Shown here piece after piece: positions 42,946-54,247 of a DNA stretch of 64,000 nucleotides (the first letter of the stretch is position 1; each line of letters begins with the position of its first letter). The position numbers and the translations under genes were made by a program. Origin of the DNA: an uncultured Candidatus Binatia bacterium. GTDB taxonomy: Bacteria > Desulfobacterota > Binatia > Bin18. The notes below the pieces were generated by a model. That model was not told where the DNA came from. It made no database searches and saw only the letters and a list, made by a program, of their open reading frames with translations. The DNA lies in NCBI GenBank assembly GCA_965214605.1, contig OZ243961.1:1184001-1248000 (forward strand). The letters run 5' to 3'.

Positions 42946-44343
42946 TCAGGTGGTCATCATTGACTTCCTTGTTTCCAGGGTACGAAAAATCGCGTCCCGA
43001 GCTCGTCCATAGTCGGCTGGCAGCTCAACAGGCCGGTTGGCATGCCGAGAGGCGATACCCCGCAGCTTGCCCTCGTGGTAGCGACGTTTGAAATCAGTAA
43101 ACTTCAGGCCGTGGGCGGTGGAGATAATAATGACGCGTTGGCGAGCAGTGATCTCTCCTCGGTCGAGCAGCTTGAATAAGACGGCCAGCCCAACCCCGGT
43201 GTGGGGGCAGTTGAACAGGCCGGTCCGATCGGCCAGGGCCGCAGCATCGGCCAGCTCTTCCTCAGTCGCCTGCTCAACAATACTGTCAAACGCTTTCAGA
43301 ATCTTGATCGCCTTATGCACGCTGACCGGATCGCCAATCTGAATAGCCGAGGCCAGAGTTTTTTTGGCCCGTACCGGTCGATACGACTCAAAACCTTGGA
43401 CGTAACTCCGGTACAGCGGGTTGGCCCGAGCCGCCTGGGCGCACACCAAACGTGGCAACCGATTAATCATACCAACATCTCGCATCAGCAGAAATCCGCG
43501 ACCGACGGCCGTGATATTACCCAGGTTACCGCCCGGCACGATCACGACGTCGGGCACTTCCCAGTCAAACTGCTGAACGATCTCCAGCGAAATGGTCTTC
43601 TGGCCCTCCAGACGTAGACTATTCATGGAGTTGGCCAGATAGATATTTTCCTTGGTACACAGCTCGCGCACGACCCGCATACAGCCGTCAAAGTCGGTAT
43701 CCAAGGAGAGGGTCAGAGCGCCGTTGGCCATGGGTTGAATCAGCTGTGCGGTCGAGACCTTGTTCCGGGGCAAAATGACGATCGCTGGAATGCCGGCCGC
43801 GGCACAATAGGCGGCCAGAGCGGCCGAGGTATCGCCGGTCGAGGCGCACGCCACCGCCGGAATATGGGTGCCCTCGGCAATCATCTGCTTGACCATTGAG
43901 ATCAGGACGGTCATGCCCAGGTCTTTGAACGATCCGGTATGGGCGGTCCCACACTGCTTAACCCACAGGTCGTCAAGCCCGATCTGATGGCCCAGCCGTT
44001 CGGCCCAAAACAGGTTGGAGCCACCCTCGTAGGTGGATACGACATTATTGTTGTCCACTGCCGGACACACCATTTCCTTCTTGCCCCACACCCCACTGCC
44101 GTACGGATAGGTGGTGCGTCGGTAGCGATCGTCAAACAGCTGCTTCCACCGCTCGGCCGAGCGGGTTCTCAGCGCCTCCAGATTGTGCCGGACGTCGAGC
44201 AGACTCCCGCATTTGGGACAATAATAAATAATCTGATTGAGCGGCCACTGTCCGCTGCAGCCGGACGCACACCCAAACCAGGCCCGAAATGGGGGAGGTG
44301 TCGGCGATGGAGCCAGAGGTTCAGCAAACGCGCCGGCAGTCAT
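42946..44343 (-). CDS. thrC: Threonine synthase
   Basis: [44 protein letters not shown]. Confidence 0.96.
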   Translation of the reverse strand: MTAGAFAEPLAPSPTPPPFRAWFGCASGCSGQWPLNQIIYYCPKCGSLLDVRHNLEALRTRSAERWKQLFDDRYRRTTYPYGSGVWGKKEMVCPAVDNNNVVSTYEGGSNLFWAERLGHQIGLDDLWVKQCGTAHTGSFKDLGMTVLISMVKQMIAEGTHIPAVACASTGDTSAALAAYCAAAGIPAIVILPRNKVSTAQLIQPMANGALTLSLDTDFDGCMRVVRELCTKENIYLANSMNSLRLEGQKTISLEIVQQFDWEVPDVVIVPGGNLGNITAVGRGFLLMRDVGMINRLPRLVCAQAARANPLYRSYVQGFESYRPVRAKKTLASAIQIGDPVSVHKAIKILKAFDSIVEQATEEELADAAALADRTGLFNCPHTGVGLAVLFKLLDRGEITARQRVIIISTAHGLKFTDFKRRYHEGKLRGIASRHANRPVELPADYGRARDAIFRTLETRKSMMTT

Positions 44344-44373
44344 AAGACGTCTCCCTCCTTATCTCCAAGGCCG

Positions 44374-45693
44374 CTAGCCTAAATTTTCTTCAATGCGGAC
44401 ACACACCGCCTGGCCCTGGACAACAGAGAGCTGATTCACCTGCCGCAGAGCGGCTTTGAGATTGCGCTCACCCGCGGCATGAGTACGGATGACCAGGGGA
44501 ACAGACGCGTCCCCATTGCTGCGCCCGCGCTGAATGACGGAAGCGATGCTAATCGACTGCTCAGCTAAGAGACCGGCAATTGCGGCCAAGACCCCGGGTC
44601 GGTCGGCAACCTGAAAGCGCACGTAATACTCGCTCACCACCTCGTCTATAGGGCGAATCGGCACACTGCGCAACTCTTTCCAGGCATAGCCCAGACCGGG
44701 GAGCTGGTAGGCTGAGGCGAGGCCGTAGGTCCGGGTTGCCTCCATAATATCCGACACCACTGCCGCCGCAGTCGGCAGGCTGCCCGCTCCGCTACCAAAA
44801 TACAGCGATGACCCAAGTGCCCGACCCTGAACAAAAATCGCGTTATAGGCGCCGCCCACCCCGGCCAGCAGACTGCGCTGGGGCACCATAGTTGGATGGA
44901 CTCGCAGCTCAACCGCCCCGTCCTCTTGCTTAGCAATCGCCAGCAGCTTGATCTCGTAGCCGAATTCTCTGGCAAACAGGATATCAGTTTGGCTCAGCCG
45001 GCGGATACCCTCGGTGTAGACCGCATCAAAGGGGACCCGTACGCCAAAAGCCAGCATGGCCAGCAGGGTCAACTTCTGAGCCGCATCAATGCCGTCAATA
45101 TCAAAACTGGGATCGGCCTCGGCCAAACCGTTGTCCTGGGCGCTGCGTAGGGCCGTCTCAAACTCGGCATCCTGCTCCCGCATCATGGTCAAAATATAGT
45201 TGCAGGTGCCGTTCACAATCCCGAACAGGGCATGGTTGCGATCGGCCGCCAAACTCTCGCGCAGGGTACGCAGAATAGGGATCCCACCGGCCACGCTGCC
45301 CTCAAAGCCGAGCGACACGCCGCGCTCTTCGGCCGCCGAAAAAATCTCGTCGCCGTGTAACGCCAGCAGGGCTTTATTGGCGGTCACCACCGCCTTGCCA
45401 TCCTCAATGGCGGCCAGGAGCAAGGAGCGGGCCGGCTCAGTACCGCCGATCAGTTCGATCAGCAGATCAACCTCGGGGTCGTGAACCACCACCCAGGGAT
45501 CTGTTGACAGACGGACATCACCCAGGTCGGGGTGTGGTTTGGTATGAATGCTCCGGCTGGCCACGTGGACAAGCCGCAGACGGCAATGCCGTTTGCGGGC
45601 CAGCGCCTCGGCGTCCTGCTTCAGCAGGCGAACAACGCCGCTGCCCACCGTTCCTAGGCCGATGAGACCCAGCTTCAGCTCGTCCGCTGCCAC
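44374..45693 (-). CDS. hom: Homoserine dehydrogenase with ACT domain
   Basis: [39 protein letters not shown]. Confidence 0.96.
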   Translation of the reverse strand: MAADELKLGLIGLGTVGSGVVRLLKQDAEALARKRHCRLRLVHVASRSIHTKPHPDLGDVRLSTDPWVVVHDPEVDLLIELIGGTEPARSLLLAAIEDGKAVVTANKALLALHGDEIFSAAEERGVSLGFEGSVAGGIPILRTLRESLAADRNHALFGIVNGTCNYILTMMREQDAEFETALRSAQDNGLAEADPSFDIDGIDAAQKLTLLAMLAFGVRVPFDAVYTEGIRRLSQTDILFAREFGYEIKLLAIAKQEDGAVELRVHPTMVPQRSLLAGVGGAYNAIFVQGRALGSSLYFGSGAGSLPTAAAVVSDIMEATRTYGLASAYQLPGLGYAWKELRSVPIRPIDEVVSEYYVRFQVADRPGVLAAIAGLLAEQSISIASVIQRGRSNGDASVPLVIRTHAAGERNLKAALRQVNQLSVVQGQAVCVRIEENLG

Positions 45694-46901
45694 ATCGCCC
45701 CCGCGCTCGCGTCATGGACGTCAAGGTTGCCCACTCCGCCAAAGGCCTTTCGGATACCCCGGATGGCTTGGCGGGTACGATGCTCATTCTCAATCAGGGC
45801 AAAACGGACAAAGTCATCCCCATACGGCCCAAAACCGATACCCGGTGAGACCGATACCTTGGCCTCGGTCAGTAAAAATTTGGCAAAGTCCAGAGATCCC
45901 ATGTCGCGGAACGGCTCGGGCACCGGGGCCCAGACGAACATCGTGCCCTTGGGCTTTGGGATATGCCAGCCTACCCGTTCCAGCCCCTCAATCAGCGTAT
46001 CGCGTCGCAGCAGATAGCGCCGGCGAATTTCTTCAACGCAGTCCTGGGGTCCGTTCAGGGCGCAAATAGATGCGATCTGGATGGGTTGGAAAATACCGTA
46101 GTCAAAATAACTCTTCAGGCGGCTAAGCGCGGTCAGGACTTCGGAATTGCCACAGGCAAATCCGACCCGCCAGCCCGGCATATTGTACGATTTAGACAGG
46201 GTAAAAAATTCAACTCCTATATCCTTTGCGCCCGGCACCTGAAGAAAGCTCGGCGGGGTGTAGCCGTCAAAAAAGAGGTCGGCGTAAGCAAAATCATGCA
46301 CCACAAACAGATTATTATCCCGTGCAAAATCGACCACGCGCTCAAAGAACTCCAAGTCCACTACCGCGGTGGTTGGATTATGGGGAAAGTTGATCAACAG
46401 CATCTTTGGTTTCGGCCAGCACTGACGCACGGTTTCCTGCAGCGAGGCAAAGAAGTCTTCGCCGGGGATCAGCGGCACGACTCGCAGGTCGGCGTTGGCC
46501 ATCACAATCGAATACTGGTGGATGGGATAGGTTGGGCTGGGACAGATCGCGACCTCGCCCGGTCCCAGGATCGCTAGGGCTAGGTGCGACAGTCCCTCTT
46601 TTGAGCCGATCGTCACCACCGCTTCGGAGTCCGGATCGAGCTCAATATGAAAGCGGCGCTTGTACCAGTCACAAATCGCCAAGCGCAGCTTATAGATGCC
46701 ACGCGAGCTGGAGTAGCGGTGGTTCTGAGGTTTGTTGGCCGCCTCAACCAATTTATCCACCACGTGTTGAGGAGACGGTTGGTCGGGGTTACCCATGCCA
46801 AAATCAATAATATCCTCGCCTGCCCAGCGGGCCTCCATCTTCATCCTATCGAGGGTGGCGAACAGGTACGGCGGCAATCGTTTGATGCGGGGAAATTCCA
46901 T
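45675..46901 (-). CDS. alaC: AlaC-like aminotransferase class I/II
   Basis: [45 protein letters not shown]. Confidence 0.85.
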   Translation of the reverse strand: MEFPRIKRLPPYLFATLDRMKMEARWAGEDIIDFGMGNPDQPSPQHVVDKLVEAANKPQNHRYSSSRGIYKLRLAICDWYKRRFHIELDPDSEAVVTIGSKEGLSHLALAILGPGEVAICPSPTYPIHQYSIVMANADLRVVPLIPGEDFFASLQETVRQCWPKPKMLLINFPHNPTTAVVDLEFFERVVDFARDNNLFVVHDFAYADLFFDGYTPPSFLQVPGAKDIGVEFFTLSKSYNMPGWRVGFACGNSEVLTALSRLKSYFDYGIFQPIQIASICALNGPQDCVEEIRRRYLLRRDTLIEGLERVGWHIPKPKGTMFVWAPVPEPFRDMGSLDFAKFLLTEAKVSVSPGIGFGPYGDDFVRFALIENEHRTRQAIRGIRKAFGGVGNLDVHDASAGAMWQRTS

Positions 46902-47059
46902 GCGGGTTCAACCCACCTTTGTGTAAAACCTTTGAGTCTGAGCGATCTTAAGTACGCCCCGCGGCGTGCGTTGACGGTCTGTATGGGTATAGTTGATTTC
47001 AGGCACAGGGTCAAACACGCTCAGAATTGAACCACCCGATCTGACACCCTACGATCGTC

Positions 47060-47160
47060 TGGAAAGCAACGCCCACCAACCTAAACGAGTAGGCTGCCAC
47101 GGTCGGCTATGTGGCGTGTGGTCGACGCGCTGCGGGGTAGTGTGGACCCGCTCCGGTACC
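47060..47160 (+). pseudogene. hsdM: Type I R-M methyltransferase HsdM, 5' remnant
   Basis: AATVGY / WRVVDALRGSVD resembles the HsdM N-terminus (ATVGYEAxLWxxADALRGSMD). Confidence 0.55.
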
Positions 47161-47733
47161 GAGACAAATCGCAAGCCCTAAGGTTCACGAATCGGTCACG
47201 CCCATCAACACCGCCCATACTGAGGCGCTGGCCGACGGGCGGGGGGCGGCATTCCGCACCCTGGCTGGCGGCGATTCGCAGGCGGGGACGCCGTCCGCTC
47301 GCGCGTCGTCAGCGTCAAGGAGGGGGCACGCGGGCCGGAAGAGAGCGAAGCCCGTGGCGCAGCCGGCCCCCCGAGGGCGCTAGGAACCGCCCCCCTGCAG
47401 GACCCTCTTCCGTTCGGCTGCCAAGACCTGTTGCCGCCGGCGCAGGGGCGTTGCGACTTCTGACGACCGATCCGGCGGGAAGCCCCGGCGCTGGCCACCA
47501 GAGGGGCACCGCCGAGAGCTGGGGACTGCGGGGGTCGGGTGGCCCGGGCCCTCCCGGCAATGCCATCCGACCCATTGACCGTTTCGTCCTGCAGGATTCC
47601 CCGAGTTCTTTGCTGAGCGAAACGTGCGTCTGGGGAGCGTGGCTGCTGCAGAGCTTGCCCTCCGAGACAGAGCGGACGCTATGGAGTGGAGGAATGAAGA
47701 AGAAGCGGGGTGGAACAGGCAAGGGATCCGAGC

Positions 47734-48810
47734 ATGACGTCAAGGCGATTAGGAGGACTAGGACGCTTGGAATAGACGCGGGATACCCCGCCAAAAGGAT
47801 ACGGAGCCGGCCTGTTCAGAGATACCGTTTGGTCGTGCGAGAAACATCAAGAAGAGTTTTCAATGTGACGGCACTAATTGTTTCCCAGAAACGAACGTTA
47901 ATCGTCCACGAGACAAGATAAGCGAGTCTAGGCACCCTTGTTTTCTTGTTGATAAGGAACTGTGGGATGATTTGCCTTTGTCCAAAAAGATATGCCCTGT
48001 CGGTTTATTCTCCGCGGTTGTGTTTCCGGAGGTCGCTGGACCACAGACTGATTGATCCTCGCTTCCTGTTCTTCTAGATGTCTGGTCGCGAACTTCTCTT
48101 TCAATTCAAGGAAGTCGGAGGGAAAACAGACTATGGCTGCATAGGTCAGCCTTCAGGATCAGCGTCATATGGCCCCTTCCCTCCCCACCTCTCTCCAAAC
48201 AACGCGCCCTCATCCATCTCTTGGGCACCCTCGACGACAAATTGAACCGGCAGATGAACAAAACCCTAGAAGAAGTGGCTTGAGTGCTGTTCACCTCCTA
48301 GTTTGTCACGTTTGACCTGGTCTCTACCAAAGCCATGGGCTCAAGGGAATGGAGCTGGAGAGGTGACGGTGGGAGACGCGTAGCCGTGCCTATCTGGATC
48401 GTATAGACGAGCCGCATTGCGGCCCTGTTCCCGGCACGACCATGTCGGCTGGCATGATGAGCCGTTCATCCGAGGATCGAGCATCATTATGGGCTATGAG
48501 GAGAATCCGGGAACGGTTATCTGGGCCGCCAGCGCTTGCTTTTTCCCATCGACACGCCCTCTGTCGTTCCCAAGGACCGTACAGCCTGCCCTTTCTGGGC
48601 TACGCCTTAAGGACAAGGACTACCCTCTACTACTGTGAAGTCCGCGGTGCCCGGCTTGAACCGGAACCGAGCCTAGCTGAACAAATAGGTGACGCCCCTC
48701 TTTGTGCGTCGGCATAGCCTAGTAGGAAGAGAGCCATACCTTGGCTGCCCTGCCGGATACACTGCTGCCTAAGCTAGTATTGGGGGAGGTGCGGGGAAAG
48801 GGCAGATACT
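47734..48810 (+). pseudogene. hsdS: Type I R-M specificity subunit HsdS remnant
   Basis: PPLSKQRALIHLLGTLDDK-LNRQMNKTLEEVA*VLFTS*FVTFD (from 48176) and LAALPDTLLPKLVLGEVR (from 48741) are the two conserved HsdS helices; stops and frameshifts. Confidence 0.8.
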
Positions 48811-49122
48811 CTCATGCTGCTGGCTTTCTGATTCGTATGCTCTGTCGGCTGGGCGGAAGGGCTTTTTTATGATGTCGGCCCTATCTCGAGACCAAATCCT
48901 CAGCCCGTTAATACAGCACACGTTACCTAGGACATCTATATTGTCAGGTTCTGTCACAGTGTCGCGCGCACGATATCTCTAGTTCAACCAGAAATCCGTC
49001 ATCCTCAGCTCAGCGTAGTTATAAGCAACTCTCTCATTTTCTTGTGAGCAAAAAAACTGACAATCTGAGGAAGATAGAGAGACGGGAATGATAAAGTAGG
49101 GCGCATGCGCTTAGGAGGCGAT

Positions 49123-49290
49123 GTGACCGTCTTCACCGAATCCACTGCCGAACAGACTGCCCCCGGCTGGCTGGAAAGTCTGGTATGGAGCGTGGCTGGC
49201 GTCGCCTCCACTCCATCGCACCCAGGCGACCATCTCGACGTGGCCTTGTATTCCTCGACAAGCTCAAGAAGACCCATGATGGCCGCCTTC
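49123..49290 (+). pseudogene. hsdR: Type I R-M endonuclease HsdR, 5' remnant
   Basis: AGGAGG RBS, then (M)TVFTESTAEQTAPGWLESLVWSV, like HsdR FTESxVEQAALxWLESLGW; truncated against rsmI. Confidence 0.65.
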
Positions 49291-49291
49291 G

Positions 49292-50140
49292 CTATTTCTT
49301 CATCCGCAGGCCCAATGCATAGACCTCCCGCTTGGGCCGGCTGTAGCGCTCGCTCAGCAGCTTGGCGATGTCTTTGAGCGGCAGGCCAGTAGCGGCCAGC
49401 CGGTCGATCTCGTGGCTGAGGGTCTGCTCGTCGGGCGGAGGCTGGGGCTCGGAACAGCCAGCGATCAGCAGAGCCACTTCACCCTTGATGGGCCGGTCGC
49501 GCAGCCGCGCTTGCAGCTCGCTCAGTCGGCCGCGTAGCACTTCTTCAAAGCGCTTGGTCAGCTCGCGACCAATGACGGCCCTGCGGTCGCCGAAAATATC
49601 GCACAGGTCGGTCAGGCTTTCGGCGAAACGGTGGGGGGATTCAAAGACCACAATAGTGCGGGTTTCGGACTGTAAACGCTGCAAGGCTTTGCGCCGCTGG
49701 GCCGGTCTAGCCGGCAGGAAACCTTCAAAGACGCAGCGGTCGGTCGGCAGGCCGCCTATGCTTAGCAGGGCGGTCAGGATGGACGGGCCGGGCAGCGGAA
49801 CTACCGCAACACCGGCCTGCCAGGCGGCCCGCACCAGGCGGTAGCCGGGGTCAGCAATACCGGGCGTACCGGCGTTGCTGACCAGAGCGAGGGACTGGCC
49901 GGCCAGTAGCTTGGCGATCAGGGCCGGCGCTTTAGCGTGTTCAATCTGATCGTAGTAGCTAGTCAGCGGCGTGGCAACGTGATAGCGGCTCAGCAACCTG
50001 CGGGTATGACGGGTATCCTCAGCTGCAATCAGGTCAACTTCTTTGAGGACGCGCAGCGCACGCAGGGTGATGTCTTCCAGATTGCCGATAGGCGTGGCCA
50101 CCACATACAGGGCGCCCGGCTTGGGGGGCTGAGGGTTCAC
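49292..50140 (-). CDS. rsmI: 16S rRNA C1402 2'-O-methyltransferase
   Basis: LYVVATPIGNLEDITLRA, AEDTRHT, GTPGIADPG, FESPHR, RELTK. Confidence 0.97.
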   Translation of the reverse strand: MNPQPPKPGALYVVATPIGNLEDITLRALRVLKEVDLIAAEDTRHTRRLLSRYHVATPLTSYYDQIEHAKAPALIAKLLAGQSLALVSNAGTPGIADPGYRLVRAAWQAGVAVVPLPGPSILTALLSIGGLPTDRCVFEGFLPARPAQRRKALQRLQSETRTIVVFESPHRFAESLTDLCDIFGDRRAVIGRELTKRFEEVLRGRLSELQARLRDRPIKGEVALLIAGCSEPQPPPDEQTLSHEIDRLAATGLPLKDIAKLLSERYSRPKREVYALGLRMKK

Positions 50141-50145
50141 CCGGC

Positions 50146-50928
50146 CTAGCCCATTAGGCCCTGATTTGCTCCGCCGTCAATAGTGATGTTCGCCCCGTGA
50201 ATAAATGCCGCTCGGTCTGAGGCCAGGAACAGGATCAGGTCAGCGACTTCTTCGGGCTGGCCGACCCGACCGATGGGGGTCATCTTTTGCAGGGCTTCTT
50301 CCGGGCTACCACTCTTGGGGCTAAAGGTCGAAATGAAGCGCTGTAAGCGCTCGGTTAAGATGGGACCTGGGTTCACCCCGACTACCCGGACCTTGCTTCT
50401 GGACCCTTCATCGGCCAAGGCCTTGGTAAAATGGTTGAGCGCAGCGTTGGCCGCTCCGCCGATCATATAGCTTCCCATCGGCTTGAGCGCTCCGGTGCCA
50501 ATGACATTGATAATCACCCCGCTCTGCTGTTGCTGCATATGCGGCAAGACCGCCCGGGCCATACGCATATAGCCAAAAAATTTGAGCGTCCAATCGTCCA
50601 GCCAGGCTTCATCGGAGAGCTTTAAAAAATCCCCCGGACGGGCGCTGCCGGCATTATTGACCAAAATATCAATCCGACCGAACTCCTGGATGCAGCGCGC
50701 CGCCACCGTCTTGATCACATCGCCCTGCGTCAGGTCGGCCTGCATGGCGAGAAGCCTCCCCGCGCCCTGCGCACCGACTAGCCTGCCCGTCTCATCCAAG
50801 GCTTCTTGCCCCCGCGCGCACACCAGGACCGACGCACCTTCGGCAATAAAGCTGAGTGCCGTGGCCCGCCCAATGCCTTTACTGCCGCCGGTCACAATAG
50901 CGACTTTCCCCTCTAGATTGAGTTGCAT
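50146..50928 (-). CDS. SDR oxidoreductase (atypical; YxxxK replaced)
   Basis: TGGSKGIG, NNAG, KFFGY, GAANAAL, NPGPILTER. Confidence 0.9.
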   Translation of the reverse strand: MQLNLEGKVAIVTGGSKGIGRATALSFIAEGASVLVCARGQEALDETGRLVGAQGAGRLLAMQADLTQGDVIKTVAARCIQEFGRIDILVNNAGSARPGDFLKLSDEAWLDDWTLKFFGYMRMARAVLPHMQQQQSGVIINVIGTGALKPMGSYMIGGAANAALNHFTKALADEGSRSKVRVVGVNPGPILTERLQRFISTFSPKSGSPEEALQKMTPIGRVGQPEEVADLILFLASDRAAFIHGANITIDGGANQGLMG

Positions 50929-50936
50929 ATGACCTC

Positions 50937-51347
50937 CTACACGGGCCTGAACTTGGGAATATACACGTCGGGCTCGTGCTCTTCGAACACCACTTCGACC
51001 GGCATGCCGATGGTGATGGCGTCGTTCTGCACGTCCTCCAGACTGCTGACCATGATGAGTTCGGGGTCTTCGTCAAGCTGGACCTGGACCACGTTATACG
51101 GCACCTTGTCCCTGGCCGCCGGATGAATTGGATGAGTGATAATCGTGTACGAATAGACCTTGCCCCTGCCGCTGACCCTGACCCACTCGCGTCCCAAGAC
51201 CTGACACGGCCCAAACAGGTTTGGCGGATACCACTGCCCGGACTCCTTGTGCCGCTGCATCCATAACTCGCTGCGTTTACAGCCGTCCCAGTATTCCTGG
51301 GCGTCAAAGCTAGGAATGGGACGGGGAAAGTTCGGAGTGTCTGCCAT
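50937..51347 (-). CDS. DUF35 / OB-fold acyl-CoA-associated protein
   Basis: YW....ELWMQR, SGRGKVYSYT, PYNVVQVQLDE, IGMPVEVVF, PKFRP. Confidence 0.88.
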   Translation of the reverse strand: MADTPNFPRPIPSFDAQEYWDGCKRSELWMQRHKESGQWYPPNLFGPCQVLGREWVRVSGRGKVYSYTIITHPIHPAARDKVPYNVVQVQLDEDPELIMVSSLEDVQNDAITIGMPVEVVFEEHEPDVYIPKFRPV

Positions 51348-51403
51348 GGCGTGTGTCCTCCTTAATGATGAACCTCTCCTTTATCGCATCGGTCGGGATG
51401 TCT

Positions 51404-52831
51404 CTAGTCATGTCTATCCGTGGCCAAGCGCCGGACACAGTCTTTGAACAGCCGGCCGCGTTCTTCGTAATCTTTGAACAGCCCAAAACTCGGAGAAGCC
51501 GGAGAGTGTAAACAGATTTTACCCGGCTCAGTATACGCATAGGCCAGGCGGACGGCCTGTTCCATACTGTCAACAAAGAAGGCCCGAGGACTTCGGCTCG
51601 ACATCTCGTCCCGGTGGACGCAGATAGTCCTCCAGATCCGCTGGCCGCTAGCTGGAAACAGAATCAAGTTCTTGACCCGGCCGCTGACCAATCTACCGGC
51701 TAGCTCGGAGAAGTCCACATGTCGGTCATGGCCGCCCAACAGGACCGTTTGCACGTCCGGACCAAGAGTGTCGAGGTGGGCCAGAGTTGCCTCGGGGACA
51801 GTCGCCAGCGGGGCGTTATAAAAGGTGATGCCACGGTAGGGTCCGAGCAACTCAAAGCGATGCTCAAGGGGTTGGAAGTTGCGTATGGCCCCGATTACAT
51901 GGTCGGTCTTGACGCCTAATAACCGACCCGTTGCCACCGCCGCCAGTACGTTGGGCAGATTAAAGTGACCCGGCAGGAGAATGTCTTTGACCGCCAGTAG
52001 CGGTTCTTCTCGACCCATGGCTGAACGGAACACAATCTTGTCCGATGACACAAAATAGCCCTGCTCTAATCGCTGCTGGGCAGAAAAAGGGACGGTCTGA
52101 GCGCTGGAGTCGGCCGCCGCTCGACTCAACCGGGCGGATTCGGCGTTATAGACCAGATAATCCCCAGCCGACTGGTAGCGGGCCATATTCAGCTTGGCCC
52201 GCACATAGTGCTCAAAGCTCGGGTAGTAATCCAGATGATCGGGCATGATATTCAGCAACACGGCAATATGTGGCCCCTGCCGGAGGCCCTCCAACTGGTG
52301 CGAAGACAGCTCATACACAAAAATGGTCCGGGCATCGGTGTCGGAGAAGATGTCCAGCGGCGGTCGGCCAATGTTGCCGACTAGGCGGGCGTCGATTCCG
52401 CCGCTGCGTAGGATGGCGTGGGTGAGCGCAGCGGTCGTGCTCTTGCCCTTGGTGCCAGTAATGCCGATAACTGTCCCGCTGCAGTTGCTGAAGAACAGCG
52501 CGGTGTGTGAAGTCAGCTTGCCCAGCGCCCCGGCCCGCTGAATAGCAGGCTGGGTAGGAGGAATACCGGGGGATTTGATAATGACGTCATAGTCGTCCAG
52601 GCTGTTCAGATAATTCGCCCCCAGGTGAAGACGCAACCGCCCGGACTGCGCGCGTATCAGATCCTTGACCTGGGCGCTTAGCCCATCAAACTCAGTCCGA
52701 TCGGCCAGACCGAAGCGTTTGTTGGGAAAGCGGCGGCACAAAAAGCCGAGCGTCGACAGCCCCTCTTGGCCGAGCCCCAGAATGAGGACTGACAACGGTC
52801 CGAGTGCCGCAAACTTCATCGTTCGGCTCAC
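51404..52831 (-). CDS. murD: MurD-family ligase, probably MurD2 (L-Glu-adding)
   Basis: LGLGQEG, IKSPGIP, GITGTKGKSTT, ELSSHQ, DHLD, LEHRFE, SPASPSF; GTGA overlap with murL. Confidence 0.9.
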   Translation of the reverse strand: MSRTMKFAALGPLSVLILGLGQEGLSTLGFLCRRFPNKRFGLADRTEFDGLSAQVKDLIRAQSGRLRLHLGANYLNSLDDYDVIIKSPGIPPTQPAIQRAGALGKLTSHTALFFSNCSGTVIGITGTKGKSTTAALTHAILRSGGIDARLVGNIGRPPLDIFSDTDARTIFVYELSSHQLEGLRQGPHIAVLLNIMPDHLDYYPSFEHYVRAKLNMARYQSAGDYLVYNAESARLSRAAADSSAQTVPFSAQQRLEQGYFVSSDKIVFRSAMGREEPLLAVKDILLPGHFNLPNVLAAVATGRLLGVKTDHVIGAIRNFQPLEHRFELLGPYRGITFYNAPLATVPEATLAHLDTLGPDVQTVLLGGHDRHVDFSELAGRLVSGRVKNLILFPASGQRIWRTICVHRDEMSSRSPRAFFVDSMEQAVRLAYAYTEPGKICLHSPASPSFGLFKDYEERGRLFKDCVRRLATDRHD

Positions 52832-54246
52832 GCTTCCTGGGCATCCGGACCGACGGCGTGGCCGAACTCCTGGTCAAGACGATGACGCAGTAGCTCCACA
52901 TACGCACCGGGCAGGCCATGGCGCTCGCCCCAGCCACCCAGCAGCGCATTGGTCGTCTGGGCCACGTCGGGAGACCGGGGCATGATCTCGGCGGCCACAT
53001 AGCGTAACACCGCCGGTAGCGATGTCGGCTTAGTCTTGCTGATACTTAAATACAGCGCAGCCAAGACTTCGCGGCTCGTCCCAACGCACTCAAATGGCCT
53101 GTGTTCATAAAAACCGAGCAGCTGGCGGATAATGCCAATCAAGCGCTCGTCGGCAAACAGGTCACGACCAAAAATACTCCGCAGCTCTTCGGCTCCGAGA
53201 AAGGGGTGTAAGGCGATGAAAACAAAGACGCACTTAGCGCAGGTGCCGCACCAGGTATCTTCTTTGAGGTTACGATTACAGCTTTTAAACACCCTAAAAT
53301 ACTCGGGATAGCGGGCAAACAGACGGGTAATCTGAAGTTCATACAGAGGACGTAACAGACTAAAATAGTACGCCTGGCTGGCCAAATACCGACGGCTATA
53401 CCACTGAAAGGCGCGTTCAAAACGGAGCGTCTTTGAGTATTGGTGGTTCACCCCACTGCCCAGAAACTGGGCCGAAGCTTCCTCACTGCCACGCTCGTTG
53501 GCGGCCACAATCCGGCGGTAGTTGCCCACTACCGCGGCTAGCAGCCCGAGCATGGCCAGATAGGCCGAAAACGGAGTGTGCCCGTTTAAATAGCCGGCGG
53601 CGTTGAGCTGGAGCAGCTTAGGGTCAATATCCCGGCTAACAATAATTGGCGCTGAACAGGCGGCTCTGGCAGCCAAGGTACGCGCAGCCGGAGCCGGATT
53701 CAACAGAATGGCGTTGAACGGCCTCCGGCCCTCTCGCAACAGCTGCACGCTGAGCGCGGAGTCTTTGCCGCCGCTCAACAGCACCAGATCCCGCTCATCC
53801 TGTAGAACTGGGGAGTAGACCGGTTTTCTGCTGGGCGGCGTGTGGTCGGAACTCAGCCGCACAAAATCTTTTTGCTTGTAGTTAATACGATTGCGGTAAA
53901 AGAACTCCCGCATCCCGTGCAGCAGCAAATCTTTCCACCAGTCAATCTGTCGGGCGTCCAAATAGCCAGCCTGGACAAAGATGTGGGGTGAGCAGGTGGC
54001 TTTCCAATAACTCAGCATTTCAATCAGGCCAAGATGAAAGACGAGGTTGTTCAGCACCGGCGGCTCAAGGCTATCAAACCGTTGGGGATCGACCGATTCG
54101 AGGCTGAGTTTGGGTCGGAAGACAATATCCGGCTCAACGACAAATTGGAAACGCAGTTGCAAGCGCTGCCCACAACGGGTGTAGGAGCAGGCTTCATACC
54201 TAAATTGCGGATAGCGGCTACGCAGCTGCTCAAGGGGGATAGTCAT
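52828..54246 (-). CDS. murL: UDP-MurNAc-L-Ala-L-Glu epimerase
   Basis: SYWKA, SGGKDS, GYLNGHTPFSA, NHQYSK, FKSCN, WCGTCAKC, PFECVG; adjacent to murD. Confidence 0.85.
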   Translation of the reverse strand: MTIPLEQLRSRYPQFRYEACSYTRCGQRLQLRFQFVVEPDIVFRPKLSLESVDPQRFDSLEPPVLNNLVFHLGLIEMLSYWKATCSPHIFVQAGYLDARQIDWWKDLLLHGMREFFYRNRINYKQKDFVRLSSDHTPPSRKPVYSPVLQDERDLVLLSGGKDSALSVQLLREGRRPFNAILLNPAPAARTLAARAACSAPIIVSRDIDPKLLQLNAAGYLNGHTPFSAYLAMLGLLAAVVGNYRRIVAANERGSEEASAQFLGSGVNHQYSKTLRFERAFQWYSRRYLASQAYYFSLLRPLYELQITRLFARYPEYFRVFKSCNRNLKEDTWCGTCAKCVFVFIALHPFLGAEELRSIFGRDLFADERLIGIIRQLLGFYEHRPFECVGTSREVLAALYLSISKTKPTSLPAVLRYVAAEIMPRSPDVAQTTNALLGGWGERHGLPGAYVELLRHRLDQEFGHAVGPDAQEA

Positions 54247-54247
54247 C

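Noticed and set aside
47109-47921. 270-aa + strand ORF
   Set aside because: Low-complexity R/P/G-rich translation spanning the hsdM remnant, the GC-rich insert and the hsdS start; not a credible protein
48900-49290. tRNA or RNase P RNA next to rsmI or at the island border
   Set aside because: No T-loop/CCA or rnpB motifs; the sequence matches the hsdR 5' end instead
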